Of a DNA stretch of 64,000 bases, positions 18,111 through 27,464 are shown piece by piece. Origin of the DNA: Candidatus Multivorans sp. (lineage in GTDB: Bacteria > Acidobacteriota > Thermoanaerobaculia > Multivoradales > Multivoraceae); contig OZ242167.1 of the NCBI GenBank assembly GCA_965205295.1, forward strand, positions 2,898,097-2,962,096, in the 5' to 3' direction. A model generated the notes under the pieces. The model made no database searches. It was not told the origin of the DNA and saw nothing but the letters and a program-made list of their open reading frames with translations. Each line of letters begins with the position of its first letter. The first letter of the stretch is position 1. A program made the position numbers and the translations under genes.

Positions 18111-19910
18111 TCAATACGGCGGAAGTACATCCCCCACCCGAGCACAGCACGCCTCGCCGCGCTCGTACCGCTCCAGGTTGCGGGCCAGACGCCGCCCCTC
18201 GCCGCCGCGCTCCAGCCGCTGCGCTTCCTGGACCAGAGTGCGCTGGATGTTGATCGCTTCCTCGAAACGGCCGACCTCGGCCAGTGCCATCGCCGCGGTC
18301 TCGGCCTTGGGCGCGGCGTTGTCGGCTTCGAGCAGCGCGCCGGCGATGGCGAGGGCACGCGGACCGTCACGGAGCGACGGGTCGGGGGCGCCGGCAAGCA
18401 GTCGCGCCAGGGAGTGAGCGGCGCGGTCGTCCGTTGAATCGACCCCCAGCCGCGCTTCGAGCGAGGCCTTGGCGTCGGCGAAACGCCCCAGGCCCATCAG
18501 GACGGTCGCCTCGCGCAGCCAGGCGAGGCCCTGTGCCGGATCGATCTCGCGGACGCGGGTGTAGTGCGGCAGGGCTTCGTCGAGCTGGCCGGTGCGCACG
18601 AGGGCTTCGGCGAGTCCGAAGTGGATGCGGGAGGCCCGCTCGTCCCCCGGCTCGTGCCGTAGCGCTTCCTGCAACGCGACGACGGCCTGCTCGAAGTTCC
18701 CGGTCTGCGCCAGCACGGCCCCCAGTCCGAGCCGGGCATCGCCGTTGCCGGCGTCGCTCTCGAGCACCCGGCGGTAGGTCGCCTCCGCTTCGTCCAGGCG
18801 TCCCAAGCGCGCCTGGACGCTGCCGAGGCTCAATCTCGCGTCGACCAGTTCCGGCTCGAGTTCGAGCGCCCGGCCGAGATGCTCCAGGGCGCGGTCGTTC
18901 TGGCCGAGCTCTCCCAGCAGGACACCGAGGTCGGAGTGGGCGCGGGCATTCTCCGGCTCCAGCCGGACCGCGACGCCGAAGTGCTCCAGCGCCGCCTGGG
19001 GATTGCCGCGGCGCACCAGGACGGTACCTAGGCTCTGATGGGCGCGCGGATTTGTGGCGTCGGCAGCCACGGCCTGCCGGTAGGCCTCCTCCGCTTCCGC
19101 CAATCGGCCCTCCCGCGCGGCGGCGTTGCCTCGCGTCAGGTGGGGCGAGGCGCCAATCGCCAGGGTCGTCAGCTCGTGCATCAAGGGGTCGGCCATCGCG
19201 ACTCTGGTCGTCCCGCTACGAGCCAGGGCCCGCTCGGCGTCCTCGAACCGGCCCTGCTCCCGATACGCCTGGCCGAGGTGGTAGTGGAGGACGGAAGCTC
19301 TCGGCTGGAGCGTCAATGCCCGCTCGAACTGTCCGATGGCTTCCGCGTATACGCCTCGCTCTTCGGCGACCCGGCCCATTCCATAGGCCACGGCGGCCGA
19401 GTCGTCCACCACCGCTGCCCGCACATAGAGGAGCTCCGCTTGGTCGACCTGGCCCTGTTCGAGCTCGAGGTCGGCGAGGCGGATCAGGGCCGGCGCGTCG
19501 TCGAGCCGCAGATCGAGCGCGTGACCGAACGCGGCCGCAGCCCCTTCGACATCCCCGCTGCCGGCTGCCAACACACCCAGGTAGTAGGCCCAGGCGAAGG
19601 ACTCCGGATCGAGGGCATGCGCTTCGCGGTAGCAGGCCTGGGCGGCTTCGAGGAGGCGGTGGGCCTGGTAGAGGCGGCCCAGCTCGCCGAGGGCCTGCGC
19701 CTGGTCGGCGGCGCTTGCGGCTTCGTCGGCGAGCAGTGCGTCGAGTTCGGCGCGGCGGGCCTCCAGCTCCCGGGCGAGTGGCGGTTCGAGTTCGGCCAGT
19801 TCCGGGTGAGGGATCCCGGCCGGCGACGCCGAAGTCTCGCCCAAGTCGGACGCGCAAGCCAGAAGCATCGCGAGGACAAGAGCAATCGTGCCTGCTTTCG
19901 CGATGCTCAC
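18111..19910 (-). CDS. TPR-repeat lipoprotein
   Basis: GTG start. Lipoprotein signal MSIAKAGTIALVLAMLLACASD, then ~14 TPR-like helical repeats. Confidence 0.8.
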   Translation of the reverse strand: MSIAKAGTIALVLAMLLACASDLGETSASPAGIPHPELAELEPPLARELEARRAELDALLADEAASAADQAQALGELGRLYQAHRLLEAAQACYREAHALDPESFAWAYYLGVLAAGSGDVEGAAAAFGHALDLRLDDAPALIRLADLELEQGQVDQAELLYVRAAVVDDSAAVAYGMGRVAEERGVYAEAIGQFERALTLQPRASVLHYHLGQAYREQGRFEDAERALARSGTTRVAMADPLMHELTTLAIGASPHLTRGNAAAREGRLAEAEEAYRQAVAADATNPRAHQSLGTVLVRRGNPQAALEHFGVAVRLEPENARAHSDLGVLLGELGQNDRALEHLGRALELEPELVDARLSLGSVQARLGRLDEAEATYRRVLESDAGNGDARLGLGAVLAQTGNFEQAVVALQEALRHEPGDERASRIHFGLAEALVRTGQLDEALPHYTRVREIDPAQGLAWLREATVLMGLGRFADAKASLEARLGVDSTDDRAAHSLARLLAGAPDPSLRDGPRALAIAGALLEADNAAPKAETAAMALAEVGRFEEAINIQRTLVQEAQRLERGGEGRRLARNLERYERGEACCARVGDVLPPY

Positions 19911-19971
19911 CGTCCGATCCTAGTTGCCGCCGCGCGCCGCCCCTCGTGTATCGTCGTCTCCCGCCGATTGA

Positions 19972-20937
19972 ATGTTCGTTTCTCGCTCCATCGCGATCCT
20001 GGTTCTGGCGTGCGGCTGCGCGGCGCCGCAAGCCGAATCAGCCGGGCCGAGCGCGAGAATCCCGGCCCTGATCATCGACGGCGTGAACAACCACGACTGG
20101 CAGCGCACCACCGCCGCCGTCAGGGCGACGCTCGAGCGGACTGGGCGGTTCACGGTTGACGTCAGCACTTCGCCCGGCCGGAGCGCGTCGCGCGAGGAGT
20201 GGGAGGCCTGGCGGCCCGTCTTCTCGGATTACGCAGTCGTGGTCAGCAACTTCAACAGCGACTGCGAGCGGGAAGACGGCGATTGCGAGCCCTACTGGTC
20301 GGCGAACCTTCGCGCCGACTTCGAGACCTTCGTTCGCGAGGGAGGCGGTTTCGTTCCGGTCCACGCGGCCGACAACCACGCCGCGGACTGGATCGAATAC
20401 AACGAGATGATCGCCGTCGGCGGTTGGGGGGGACGCCGGACCGGGGTCTCGGGCTCCATCCTGCGCAAGATCGACGGCATCTGGACCGCGACCTCACCCG
20501 ACGAGGGGTTGAGCGGCAGGCACGGTCGCATCCGCGAGTTCCAGGTCATCCACGATCGGCCCGACCACCCCATCCTGGCCGGGCTGCCGACCACCTGGAT
20601 GCACGCGGCAGACGAGCTCTACGCCTCACTGCGCGGCCCGGCCGGGAACGTCGAGGTCCTCGCGCACGCCAACTCCCTCGTGACCGAAGAGCTCGAGCCC
20701 ATGCTGATGCTCATCACCTACGGCCAGGGCCGCGTCTTCCACATCCCGATGGGGCACTACAACGACGAGTTCGAGCCCATCGGCGCCTCCCTGCACTGCG
20801 TCGGCTTCCAGACCGTGCTCGCCCGCGGCACGGAGTACGTGGCAACCGGCGAGGTGTCGATCGGCGTGCCGGCTGCCTTCCCAGGGCCGGACGAGCCGTC
20901 CGTTCTCGCCCCCGAACGCCTCGAGTGGCCGATGTGA
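19972..20937 (+). CDS. thuA: ThuA-domain protein (class I glutamine-amidotransferase-like)
   Basis: Signal peptide. ThuA-type segments FVPVHAADNHAADW and IAVGGWGG. Confidence 0.8.
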   Translation: MFVSRSIAILVLACGCAAPQAESAGPSARIPALIIDGVNNHDWQRTTAAVRATLERTGRFTVDVSTSPGRSASREEWEAWRPVFSDYAVVVSNFNSDCEREDGDCEPYWSANLRADFETFVREGGGFVPVHAADNHAADWIEYNEMIAVGGWGGRRTGVSGSILRKIDGIWTATSPDEGLSGRHGRIREFQVIHDRPDHPILAGLPTTWMHAADELYASLRGPAGNVEVLAHANSLVTEELEPMLMLITYGQGRVFHIPMGHYNDEFEPIGASLHCVGFQTVLARGTEYVATGEVSIGVPAAFPGPDEPSVLAPERLEWPM

Positions 20938-20951
20938 TCTGCCGCCGCGCC

Positions 20952-23885
20952 ATGCGTCCCGGCCTTTCCGGCCGGCTCTTCTTCCCGGTCCTGGCCGCGA
21001 CGCTGAGCGCGGCGCTTCAGGCCCAATCGCCGGTTCCCGCCACGCCGACACCGGTCGTCCCGGGCTACGAGCATCTGAGACTCGCCGGCGCGGCCAGCGA
21101 AGCGGCGCTCGGCGAAGTGCTGCTCGGCGAACTGAACTGCCTGTCCTGCCATGAACCGACGCTTGACGTGGCGAGACGGATACCCACCCGCACGGCCCCC
21201 GACCTCGCGGGGCTCAACCAACGGGTCACCGTGGAGTGGCTCACCGGTTATCTGGCCGATCCGGAAGAACACAAGCCGGGCTCGACGATGCCTGAGGTCC
21301 TGCACACTCTCGACACCGAGGATCGGAACCGCGTCGCGCGTTCCATCGCGCGCTTCCTCTTCTACGAGGAGGCGCCGCCCGAGCCGAATGCGGCCCCGGT
21401 CGCGGCCGACGATGCGAACGGCGGTGTAGCGGACGAGTTCCCGGTGTTCCGGTTCCGGACCGCGGTGGAGCGGGGGCGCAGGCTCTTCCACTCGATCGGT
21501 TGCGTCGCCTGCCATGCGCCCGAGGCATCCGGCGCCGAACCGGCGATCCCCTCCGTCCCGCTGCCCGACCTGGCGGCGAAGACCTCGGTCGCCGCGTTGA
21601 CTCGCTTCCTCCTGGACCCACGGTCGACAAGGCCAGGTGGGCGCATGCCGTCCCTGTACCTGACCCCGGCGGAAGCGGAGAATCTGGCGATCTATCTGCT
21701 GCGGGACCAGGAACCGCAGGTCGTCGAGCGCCGACAGGGCTTCGAGTTCGAGTACTTCCTCGATCCCATGCAGGACGAGGACGTAAGAGGCTTCTTCGAC
21801 CGGCCACCTGCCGATCTCGACGCGATGGAACCGGCCGCCGAGGGCCGGATCGGCCGCCTGTCACTACGCCTGCCGGTTGAGATGAACTACGGCAACCACG
21901 CGTACCGGTTTGCCGGCGTGATGCGGGTGCCCGAGACGGGGCGCTACACGTTCACACTGGCCTCGGACCGCCGCTCCGGTTCCTCGCTCGCGGTCGACGG
22001 CGAAGTGGTCGCCACGAAGTCAGGCGGAAGCGCCCGCGAGGCGGACGCACAGCTCGAACTGAACGCCGGGGACCATCCGGTCACGGTGGCGTACTTCATT
22101 CGCGGCGACACCCGGGAACCGTTCCTGACGGTGGGTCTCGCTGGCGATCCTCTACCCCAGGACGCGGCGCTCGAGGACTACACAACCTACGAGAACGTAC
22201 GGCTGCGGCCGGGTGGCGGCACCCTGGTTTCCAAGGACGCGGAGGACGCGGGCTGGGGCGCCCGACTCTTCGTCCGCCACGGCTGCGCGTCGTGCCACGG
22301 CTACGCGGGAATCCAACCCGACCGGCGCGACATCACGACCCCGCCGGCGCTCACCGACCTCGATCCGGCGGCCGTCGCCAGCGAACCCGGCATGCACACG
22401 GGCAACGACTCGCCGCGCTATCCGCTCGCCGGTCATCAGAAGCGCGCGATCCGAGCGGCCCTCGCTGCCCTTCAGGATCTCCCAACGCCCCGGACACCCG
22501 CCGACCAGATCGTCCATGCGATGGCGAGCTACAACTGCTACGCCTGCCATCGCCGAAACGCCGGGACGGTCGCGGTCGGCGGACCGGACCCCGTACGCGC
22601 GACGTACCTCGAGGTGGTCGGCGGCCAGGACCTCGGCGACGAGGGGCGGCTACCGCCGGACCTGCACGCCATCGGCGGGAAGCTGAAGCCCGAAGCGCTG
22701 CACTCGGTTCTGACGGCGGACGAACTGCACGTCCGCCGCGACTTCATGGAAGTCAGGATGCCGAACTTCGCCGGCGAAGCAATCGATCGGCTCGCCGACT
22801 CCCTGGCCACCGCCGACGCAGCGGCCGGCGACCTGAGCGAACCGGCCTTCTCGACCGAGGCGGCCTCCGACGGGATCGAACTGCTGGGCGAGCAGGCCAT
22901 GAGCTGCGTCACGTGCCACAACGTTCACGTCCATCCCGCCCAGGGCGTCTCGACCATCGACCTGGCCACCGTCTATGACCGGTTGCGGCCCGGATGGGTC
23001 ACGCGGTACCTGCGGGATCCGGCCGCGATCCGGCCGGGAACCCGCATGCCTGCCTTCTGGCCCGAGGGCGCCGCGAACTTCCAGCACCTGGGCGGCGGCA
23101 CCGTCGACGGCCAGATCGATGCGATCTGGAACGCCCTCTCGCTCGGCACCTCCATGCCGGCGCCCGAGGGCACGAACATCGGCGCCGAGCTGGTTCTCGT
23201 GCCGGACGAGCGCCCGATCGTGTTCCGCACCTTCATGGTCGACGTCGGACCGCGGTCGATCGCCATCGGCTACCCGGAGAACGTCCACGTCGCCTTCGAC
23301 GCGAACAACGTCCGCCTGGCGAAGATCTGGCGCGGCGGTTTCTTCGACGCCAAGGGCACCTGGCAGGGCCGAGCGGGCCGGTTCCTCGGTCCCTACGGCA
23401 CGGATGTGCTGGACCTTCCGCCCGGCCCGGCCATCGCGGACCTGGGCGACATCGACAGTCCGTGGCCCACGGCGGGCCGAGCCGACCGGAACGTGGGCGG
23501 CCGTTTCCTCGGCTACCGGCTCGACGACGAGGGCAGGCCGGTGCTGCGCTACCGCCTGCACGACCTCCTGGTCGAGGAGGCGCCGACGCCACTGCACAGC
23601 GGCGGCGGCACCAACCTGATCCGCCGCTTCCGGCTTACCGCCGGCTCGGCCCCCCGCCCCCTCTATCTGCTGCTGGCCGAGGGCGAAGAGATCGTCTCGA
23701 CGTCGGAGCGCTCATGGAGCGTCGATGGCCGGCTCGACGTATCGATTGCCTCCGAGGCCTCCGGTGCTGCCGAAGCGGATCTCGCGCCGTTCGTTCGGGA
23801 GTCCCAGGGCGTCCGGCAGCTCCTGCAGCGAATCGACCTTCAACCGAACGAAACGCTCGACATCGACGTGACTCTCTCCTGGTGA
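20952..23885 (+). CDS. large secreted multi-domain protein with several c-type heme-binding CxxCH sites and a PA14-like domain (PVC-type heme-binding protein family)
   Basis: ATG at 20952 gives a signal peptide, MRPGLSGRLFFPVLAATLSAALQAQ. CxxCH sites CLSCH, CVACH, CASCH, CYACH and CVTCH. PA14-like segment GRYTFTLASDRRSGSSLAVDG. Confidence 0.7.
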   Translation: MRPGLSGRLFFPVLAATLSAALQAQSPVPATPTPVVPGYEHLRLAGAASEAALGEVLLGELNCLSCHEPTLDVARRIPTRTAPDLAGLNQRVTVEWLTGYLADPEEHKPGSTMPEVLHTLDTEDRNRVARSIARFLFYEEAPPEPNAAPVAADDANGGVADEFPVFRFRTAVERGRRLFHSIGCVACHAPEASGAEPAIPSVPLPDLAAKTSVAALTRFLLDPRSTRPGGRMPSLYLTPAEAENLAIYLLRDQEPQVVERRQGFEFEYFLDPMQDEDVRGFFDRPPADLDAMEPAAEGRIGRLSLRLPVEMNYGNHAYRFAGVMRVPETGRYTFTLASDRRSGSSLAVDGEVVATKSGGSAREADAQLELNAGDHPVTVAYFIRGDTREPFLTVGLAGDPLPQDAALEDYTTYENVRLRPGGGTLVSKDAEDAGWGARLFVRHGCASCHGYAGIQPDRRDITTPPALTDLDPAAVASEPGMHTGNDSPRYPLAGHQKRAIRAALAALQDLPTPRTPADQIVHAMASYNCYACHRRNAGTVAVGGPDPVRATYLEVVGGQDLGDEGRLPPDLHAIGGKLKPEALHSVLTADELHVRRDFMEVRMPNFAGEAIDRLADSLATADAAAGDLSEPAFSTEAASDGIELLGEQAMSCVTCHNVHVHPAQGVSTIDLATVYDRLRPGWVTRYLRDPAAIRPGTRMPAFWPEGAANFQHLGGGTVDGQIDAIWNALSLGTSMPAPEGTNIGAELVLVPDERPIVFRTFMVDVGPRSIAIGYPENVHVAFDANNVRLAKIWRGGFFDAKGTWQGRAGRFLGPYGTDVLDLPPGPAIADLGDIDSPWPTAGRADRNVGGRFLGYRLDDEGRPVLRYRLHDLLVEEAPTPLHSGGGTNLIRRFRLTAGSAPRPLYLLLAEGEEIVSTSERSWSVDGRLDVSIASEASGAAEADLAPFVRESQGVRQLLQRIDLQPNETLDIDVTLSW

Positions 23886-23913
23886 TCTCGTGGCCCTTCT
23901 GAGTACCAGCACG

Positions 23914-25473
23914 ATGCAACCCGGCCGCGCCGCCGCGATGGCGCTGGTCGCCCTGCTGATCTCCCTGCCCCTGGCCCTTCTCGCCCAGGAACCCCTGGAC
24001 GATGGCCAGCGCGAAGAGACGGAGAAGGAGCTCCTCGACCGCCAGCGGGACGCCATCGGCGCGCAGGCCGCCGCGGAGGAGCTGTCCTACCGGCTGCTCA
24101 CGATGCCCCTCCAGGAGGGCATGTCGATGGAGGTCGGCGGGTTGTTGCAGCTCTCGGACGGCCGCATCATGGTGGGGACCCGGCGGGGCGAGATCTTCAT
24201 CGTCGAGAACGCGTTCAGCGATCCGCCGCAGCCGACGTTCAAGCAGTACGCCTTCGGTCTCGGGCAACCGCTTGGTCTGCTTGAACTGGACGGCTGGATC
24301 TACACGGCACAGCGGGGCGAGTTGACCCGGATCAAGGACACCGACGGCGACGATCGGGCCGACGTCTTCGAGACCGTCACGGATGCCTGGGAAACCAGCG
24401 GCGACTACCACGAGTACGTCTTCGGACCCCGCCTGACGCCGGACGGAAAGCTCTGGGTGACGCTGAACATCCCCTTCGGCGGCCAACCCTACGGGTTCGC
24501 CGACTGGCGGGGCTGGGCAGCCCGGGTCGATCCTGCGACCGGCGACGCCGAGTTCGTGGCGGCGGGCCTACGCTCTCCCGCCGGCGTCGAGGTCAGCCCC
24601 TGGGGCGAGGTCTTCTACACGGACAACCAGGGCGAGTGGAACAACGCCTCGAAGCTCTCGCTGATCGAGGTGGGCGACTTTCACGGTCATCCCCACGGCA
24701 TGGCCTCGACCCACCTTCCCGAGTCCCAGGTCGAGCCGCCGCCGGAGGGCCAGCCGCAGGGCGGAACCTTCATGAAGGACCTGCACGAGCTGATTCCGAA
24801 CTACCGCATGCCTTCCGTCTGGTTCCCCTACGTGAAGATGGGGCAGTCCCCCAGCGGTCTCAAGTGGGACACGACCGGCGGCAAGTTCGGCCCCTTCGCC
24901 GGTCAACTCTTCGTCGGCGACCAGCATCACGCGATGGTCATGCGGGTGTTCCTGGAGAAGATCGGCGGCCACTGGCAGGGCGCCGCGTTCAACTTCCGGC
25001 GCGGCCTCGACAGCGGCGTGATCCGCCTCGCGTTCGCCGACGACGGATCGCTCTTCGCCGGCATGTCGGACCGCGGCTGGGGCGGCGTCGGCCCCGAGCC
25101 GCACGGTCTCCAGCGGATCGTCTGGACCGGCGCCGTGCCGTTCGAGGTCCACGAGATGCGGGCTCAGTCCGACGGCTTCGAACTCACGTTCACCCGGCCG
25201 GTCGATCCCGCGAGCGCAGGGGACACCGCGTCCTACCGCATGCAGAGCTACACCTACCGCCTCAGCTCAAGCTACGGCGGACCGGAGGACGACAAGCAGC
25301 GGGTCGCCATCCAATCCGCCCGGGTCGCCGCCGACGGCATGAGCGTCCGCCTGACCGTCGAACCGCTGCGCGCCGGCTACGTCCACGAGCTGCATCTCGA
25401 CGGAGTCCGGAGCAAGGGCGGCGAACCGCTGCTCCACCCGGAGGCCTACTACACGCTCGTCAACATTCCATAG
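23914..25473 (+). CDS. beta-propeller dehydrogenase-like protein (soluble glucose/sorbosone dehydrogenase-like)
   Basis: ATG at 23914 gives the signal MQPGRAAAMALVALLISLPLALLAQEP; the track start at 23890 is GTG. Propeller-like repeats. Co-localised with the ThuA and heme-binding genes, as in PVC-type clusters. Confidence 0.6.
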   Translation: MQPGRAAAMALVALLISLPLALLAQEPLDDGQREETEKELLDRQRDAIGAQAAAEELSYRLLTMPLQEGMSMEVGGLLQLSDGRIMVGTRRGEIFIVENAFSDPPQPTFKQYAFGLGQPLGLLELDGWIYTAQRGELTRIKDTDGDDRADVFETVTDAWETSGDYHEYVFGPRLTPDGKLWVTLNIPFGGQPYGFADWRGWAARVDPATGDAEFVAAGLRSPAGVEVSPWGEVFYTDNQGEWNNASKLSLIEVGDFHGHPHGMASTHLPESQVEPPPEGQPQGGTFMKDLHELIPNYRMPSVWFPYVKMGQSPSGLKWDTTGGKFGPFAGQLFVGDQHHAMVMRVFLEKIGGHWQGAAFNFRRGLDSGVIRLAFADDGSLFAGMSDRGWGGVGPEPHGLQRIVWTGAVPFEVHEMRAQSDGFELTFTRPVDPASAGDTASYRMQSYTYRLSSSYGGPEDDKQRVAIQSARVAADGMSVRLTVEPLRAGYVHELHLDGVRSKGGEPLLHPEAYYTLVNIP

Positions 25474-25532
25474 ATGTGTAGCAGCGTTGCCGCCGCCGGC
25501 TGGTCAACTCGGCCGTGTGCGCGACCTCACCG

Positions 25533-25853
25533 TCAAGCCGAAGACGGGTCCGGCGCAGCCGGCACAAACTCGGCCTTGACCGCGAGCATCTGGGCGAGCT
25601 CAATCCGTTTCTCACGTTCTGCTGGCCAACCCACTACATCCGCGTGGAGCGAGTGGCGACTTTTCTCGGGAACGACATTCAGTTGAGACACAGACCGTAC
25701 GTCAGCGGCCAAGAAGAGCCCGTGTCCCTTGAACGACGCCATCCGAGATGTTTCGGAAGCAAGCTGGCGTACTTCAAGGCCGTCCAGCCCGTCAATTCGG
25801 TAAACCGACGTACGTAGATCGGCTGGGGGCATGAAGGCGGCGTACTTCACCAT
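25533..25853 (-). CDS. hypothetical protein (third gene of a three-gene cassette); start uncertain
   Basis: ORF 25533..25973. A start at M41 (MVKYAAFMPP) avoids a 62-nt overlap with the upstream gene. No recognisable domain. A/T-richer than flanks. Confidence 0.35.
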   Translation of the reverse strand: MVKYAAFMPPADLRTSVYRIDGLDGLEVRQLASETSRMASFKGHGLFLAADVRSVSQLNVVPEKSRHSLHADVVGWPAEREKRIELAQMLAVKAEFVPAAPDPSSA

Positions 25854-25911
25854 TCCATTCGAAACGGAGAAGTGGCTCTTGGAGTAGAGGAACCGGGCAA
25901 GGGACTCCCGG

Positions 25912-26412
25912 TCACGGATCGCCAGCCGCAGCCTCCTTCGCGATCCACAGAAGGTCCGACGGAAGCTGGACATCGGAGCGGCGACGGCCTGTCTCCCGGC
26001 GACCTGGAACGTGAACTGCGTAAAAGAGGCCGCCGTCTGGGCCGAAGCTCACGATCAGCGACCGCGCCCTACCACTTGACCATTGCATGGCCACCCCACC
26101 GTCAGGCTCAGGCACGATCTCGGGCATCGGCACATCGGGCGTGAGGGTCAACAGGGCATCATTCAGGGCGTCCTTCGCGCGACGCGACAACGGCTTGGCT
26201 TCGCCGCCATCCCAGCCGGGACTGGACGTCTCTTCGATGATCTCCCGCAGGTTCCTCACGGCATCCCGCCTTGACAACTGCCACGCGGAGACTGCGGATT
26301 CCGAAGTCTCTTCCTCCCTGACGATTCGAAACGCCTCCGGCCCAACAGCCGTCGAACGACGCCTCCCGAGTTGTCCCACCCAATCCTGAGCTTCCAAACC
26401 AACTAGAGTCAT
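25912..26412 (-). CDS. hypothetical protein (second gene of a three-gene cassette)
   Basis: 166-aa ORF overlapping the stop of the upstream gene by 4 nt (ATGA coupling at 26409-26412). No recognisable domain. Confidence 0.45.
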   Translation of the reverse strand: MTLVGLEAQDWVGQLGRRRSTAVGPEAFRIVREEETSESAVSAWQLSRRDAVRNLREIIEETSSPGWDGGEAKPLSRRAKDALNDALLTLTPDVPMPEIVPEPDGGVAMQWSSGRARSLIVSFGPDGGLFYAVHVPGRRETGRRRSDVQLPSDLLWIAKEAAAGDP

Positions 26413-27176
26413 GCGTACCTCTCGATTCCGTTGGCAGTCAAACTGCTGAAGAAGATCTCGTTCTTCCGGCCGCGAAGTTCGTCAATGCGCGCCCACACGT
26501 CGCAGTCCTCAAAGGCCCCATCTGGCGCCACGGCAAAGGCGTCGATATCGAGGATCACAGTGAACCCCGCCTTCTCTTCTCTAGCCAGGCGGGTCACTGT
26601 CGTCCTCTCGAAGGCGTCGTGACTCGAGACCTGAAGTCGCTCCAGAGACTGCCGAACTTGGCCCTGTCTGAAGCCCAGAGGTTGTCTCAGGGGCTCTACG
26701 AAGATCGTCTCGAAACCGACTCCGGGGGGAACCTGGATCTCGTTGATGTAGCGGACGCCAATCCGCGTAACCCGAACTTCCGACAACAACGACCTGTACG
26801 TCGTCCACAGAGCCTCAGCCTCCGCCCGAAGTTGCGCCCACTTCGTGTAGGGGCGCAGCTTGTTGAAAGTGAAGCCATCAAGGCGAAACTGGACGATCTT
26901 GTCTCCTTGAGAGTTCCTGAAGTGGTAACCACGTAGCGCCGCGGTCGCGGCAACCGCGGGATCAGTGCCTTCCTTCAACTCCGCCGAGACGTTCGCCGCG
27001 TAGTTGTTCCCCTTCTCGGGGAACTCGCTCTCGATCCCCCGATGAGCGGCATCGAATCTGGCCAACAGCTCGGCGTCCTGACCTTCCGGCAACTCGCAGC
27101 GCAGGTCTATCAGCGCCTCGCGAATCGGCGCGTTGGCCAGTGTACGAATGCGATTCGGCCGGGAAGAGTTAGTCAT
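26409..27176 (-). CDS. TIGR04255-like uncharacterised protein (first gene of a three-gene cassette)
   Basis: 255 aa. N-terminus NRIRTLANAPIREALIDLRCELPEG resembles the conserved N-terminal N-A-P-L-x-E-V-x-F-E-I-R-F block of the TIGR04255 family, recognised from memory only. Confidence 0.5.
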   Translation of the reverse strand: MTNSSRPNRIRTLANAPIREALIDLRCELPEGQDAELLARFDAAHRGIESEFPEKGNNYAANVSAELKEGTDPAVAATAALRGYHFRNSQGDKIVQFRLDGFTFNKLRPYTKWAQLRAEAEALWTTYRSLLSEVRVTRIGVRYINEIQVPPGVGFETIFVEPLRQPLGFRQGQVRQSLERLQVSSHDAFERTTVTRLAREEKAGFTVILDIDAFAVAPDGAFEDCDVWARIDELRGRKNEIFFSSLTANGIERYA

Positions 27177-27464
27177 TGCCGCGAATCCTGGTTCAGGGCA
27201 CCGGATGTCATCGGCTCTGCAGTGTGACCGGCAGGTCAGTGCCCCTCCGAGGGGCCGGGCACGGTATCACTCCCTCTCCGCCTGAGGAGTACCATCGGCG
27301 GGAGTCAGTGATGTCCATAAGGGGGCGGCCCAGGCACGGTGTCCTGGCCGAGCACATGCCGACTATATGGCCTCATGCATAAGCGTCAATCATGAGTCTG
27401 GCTAAGAGTAGCCAGGCCAGGTGCTGACGAAACCCCATTCCACTCTCCCATCAAAGGAGCCGCC

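Noticed and set aside
25515-26389. Plus-strand ORFs inside the three-gene cassette (25515..25817, 25872..26144, 26087..26389).
   Set aside because: They are short, lack RBS and motifs, and are antisense to the tightly coupled minus-strand genes.
27236-27256. GCCCCTC-CGA-GGGGC hairpin as an intrinsic terminator.
   Set aside because: No downstream T/U tract on either strand, and no upstream gene transcribed toward it. Kept only as a possible operator or structured-leader element.
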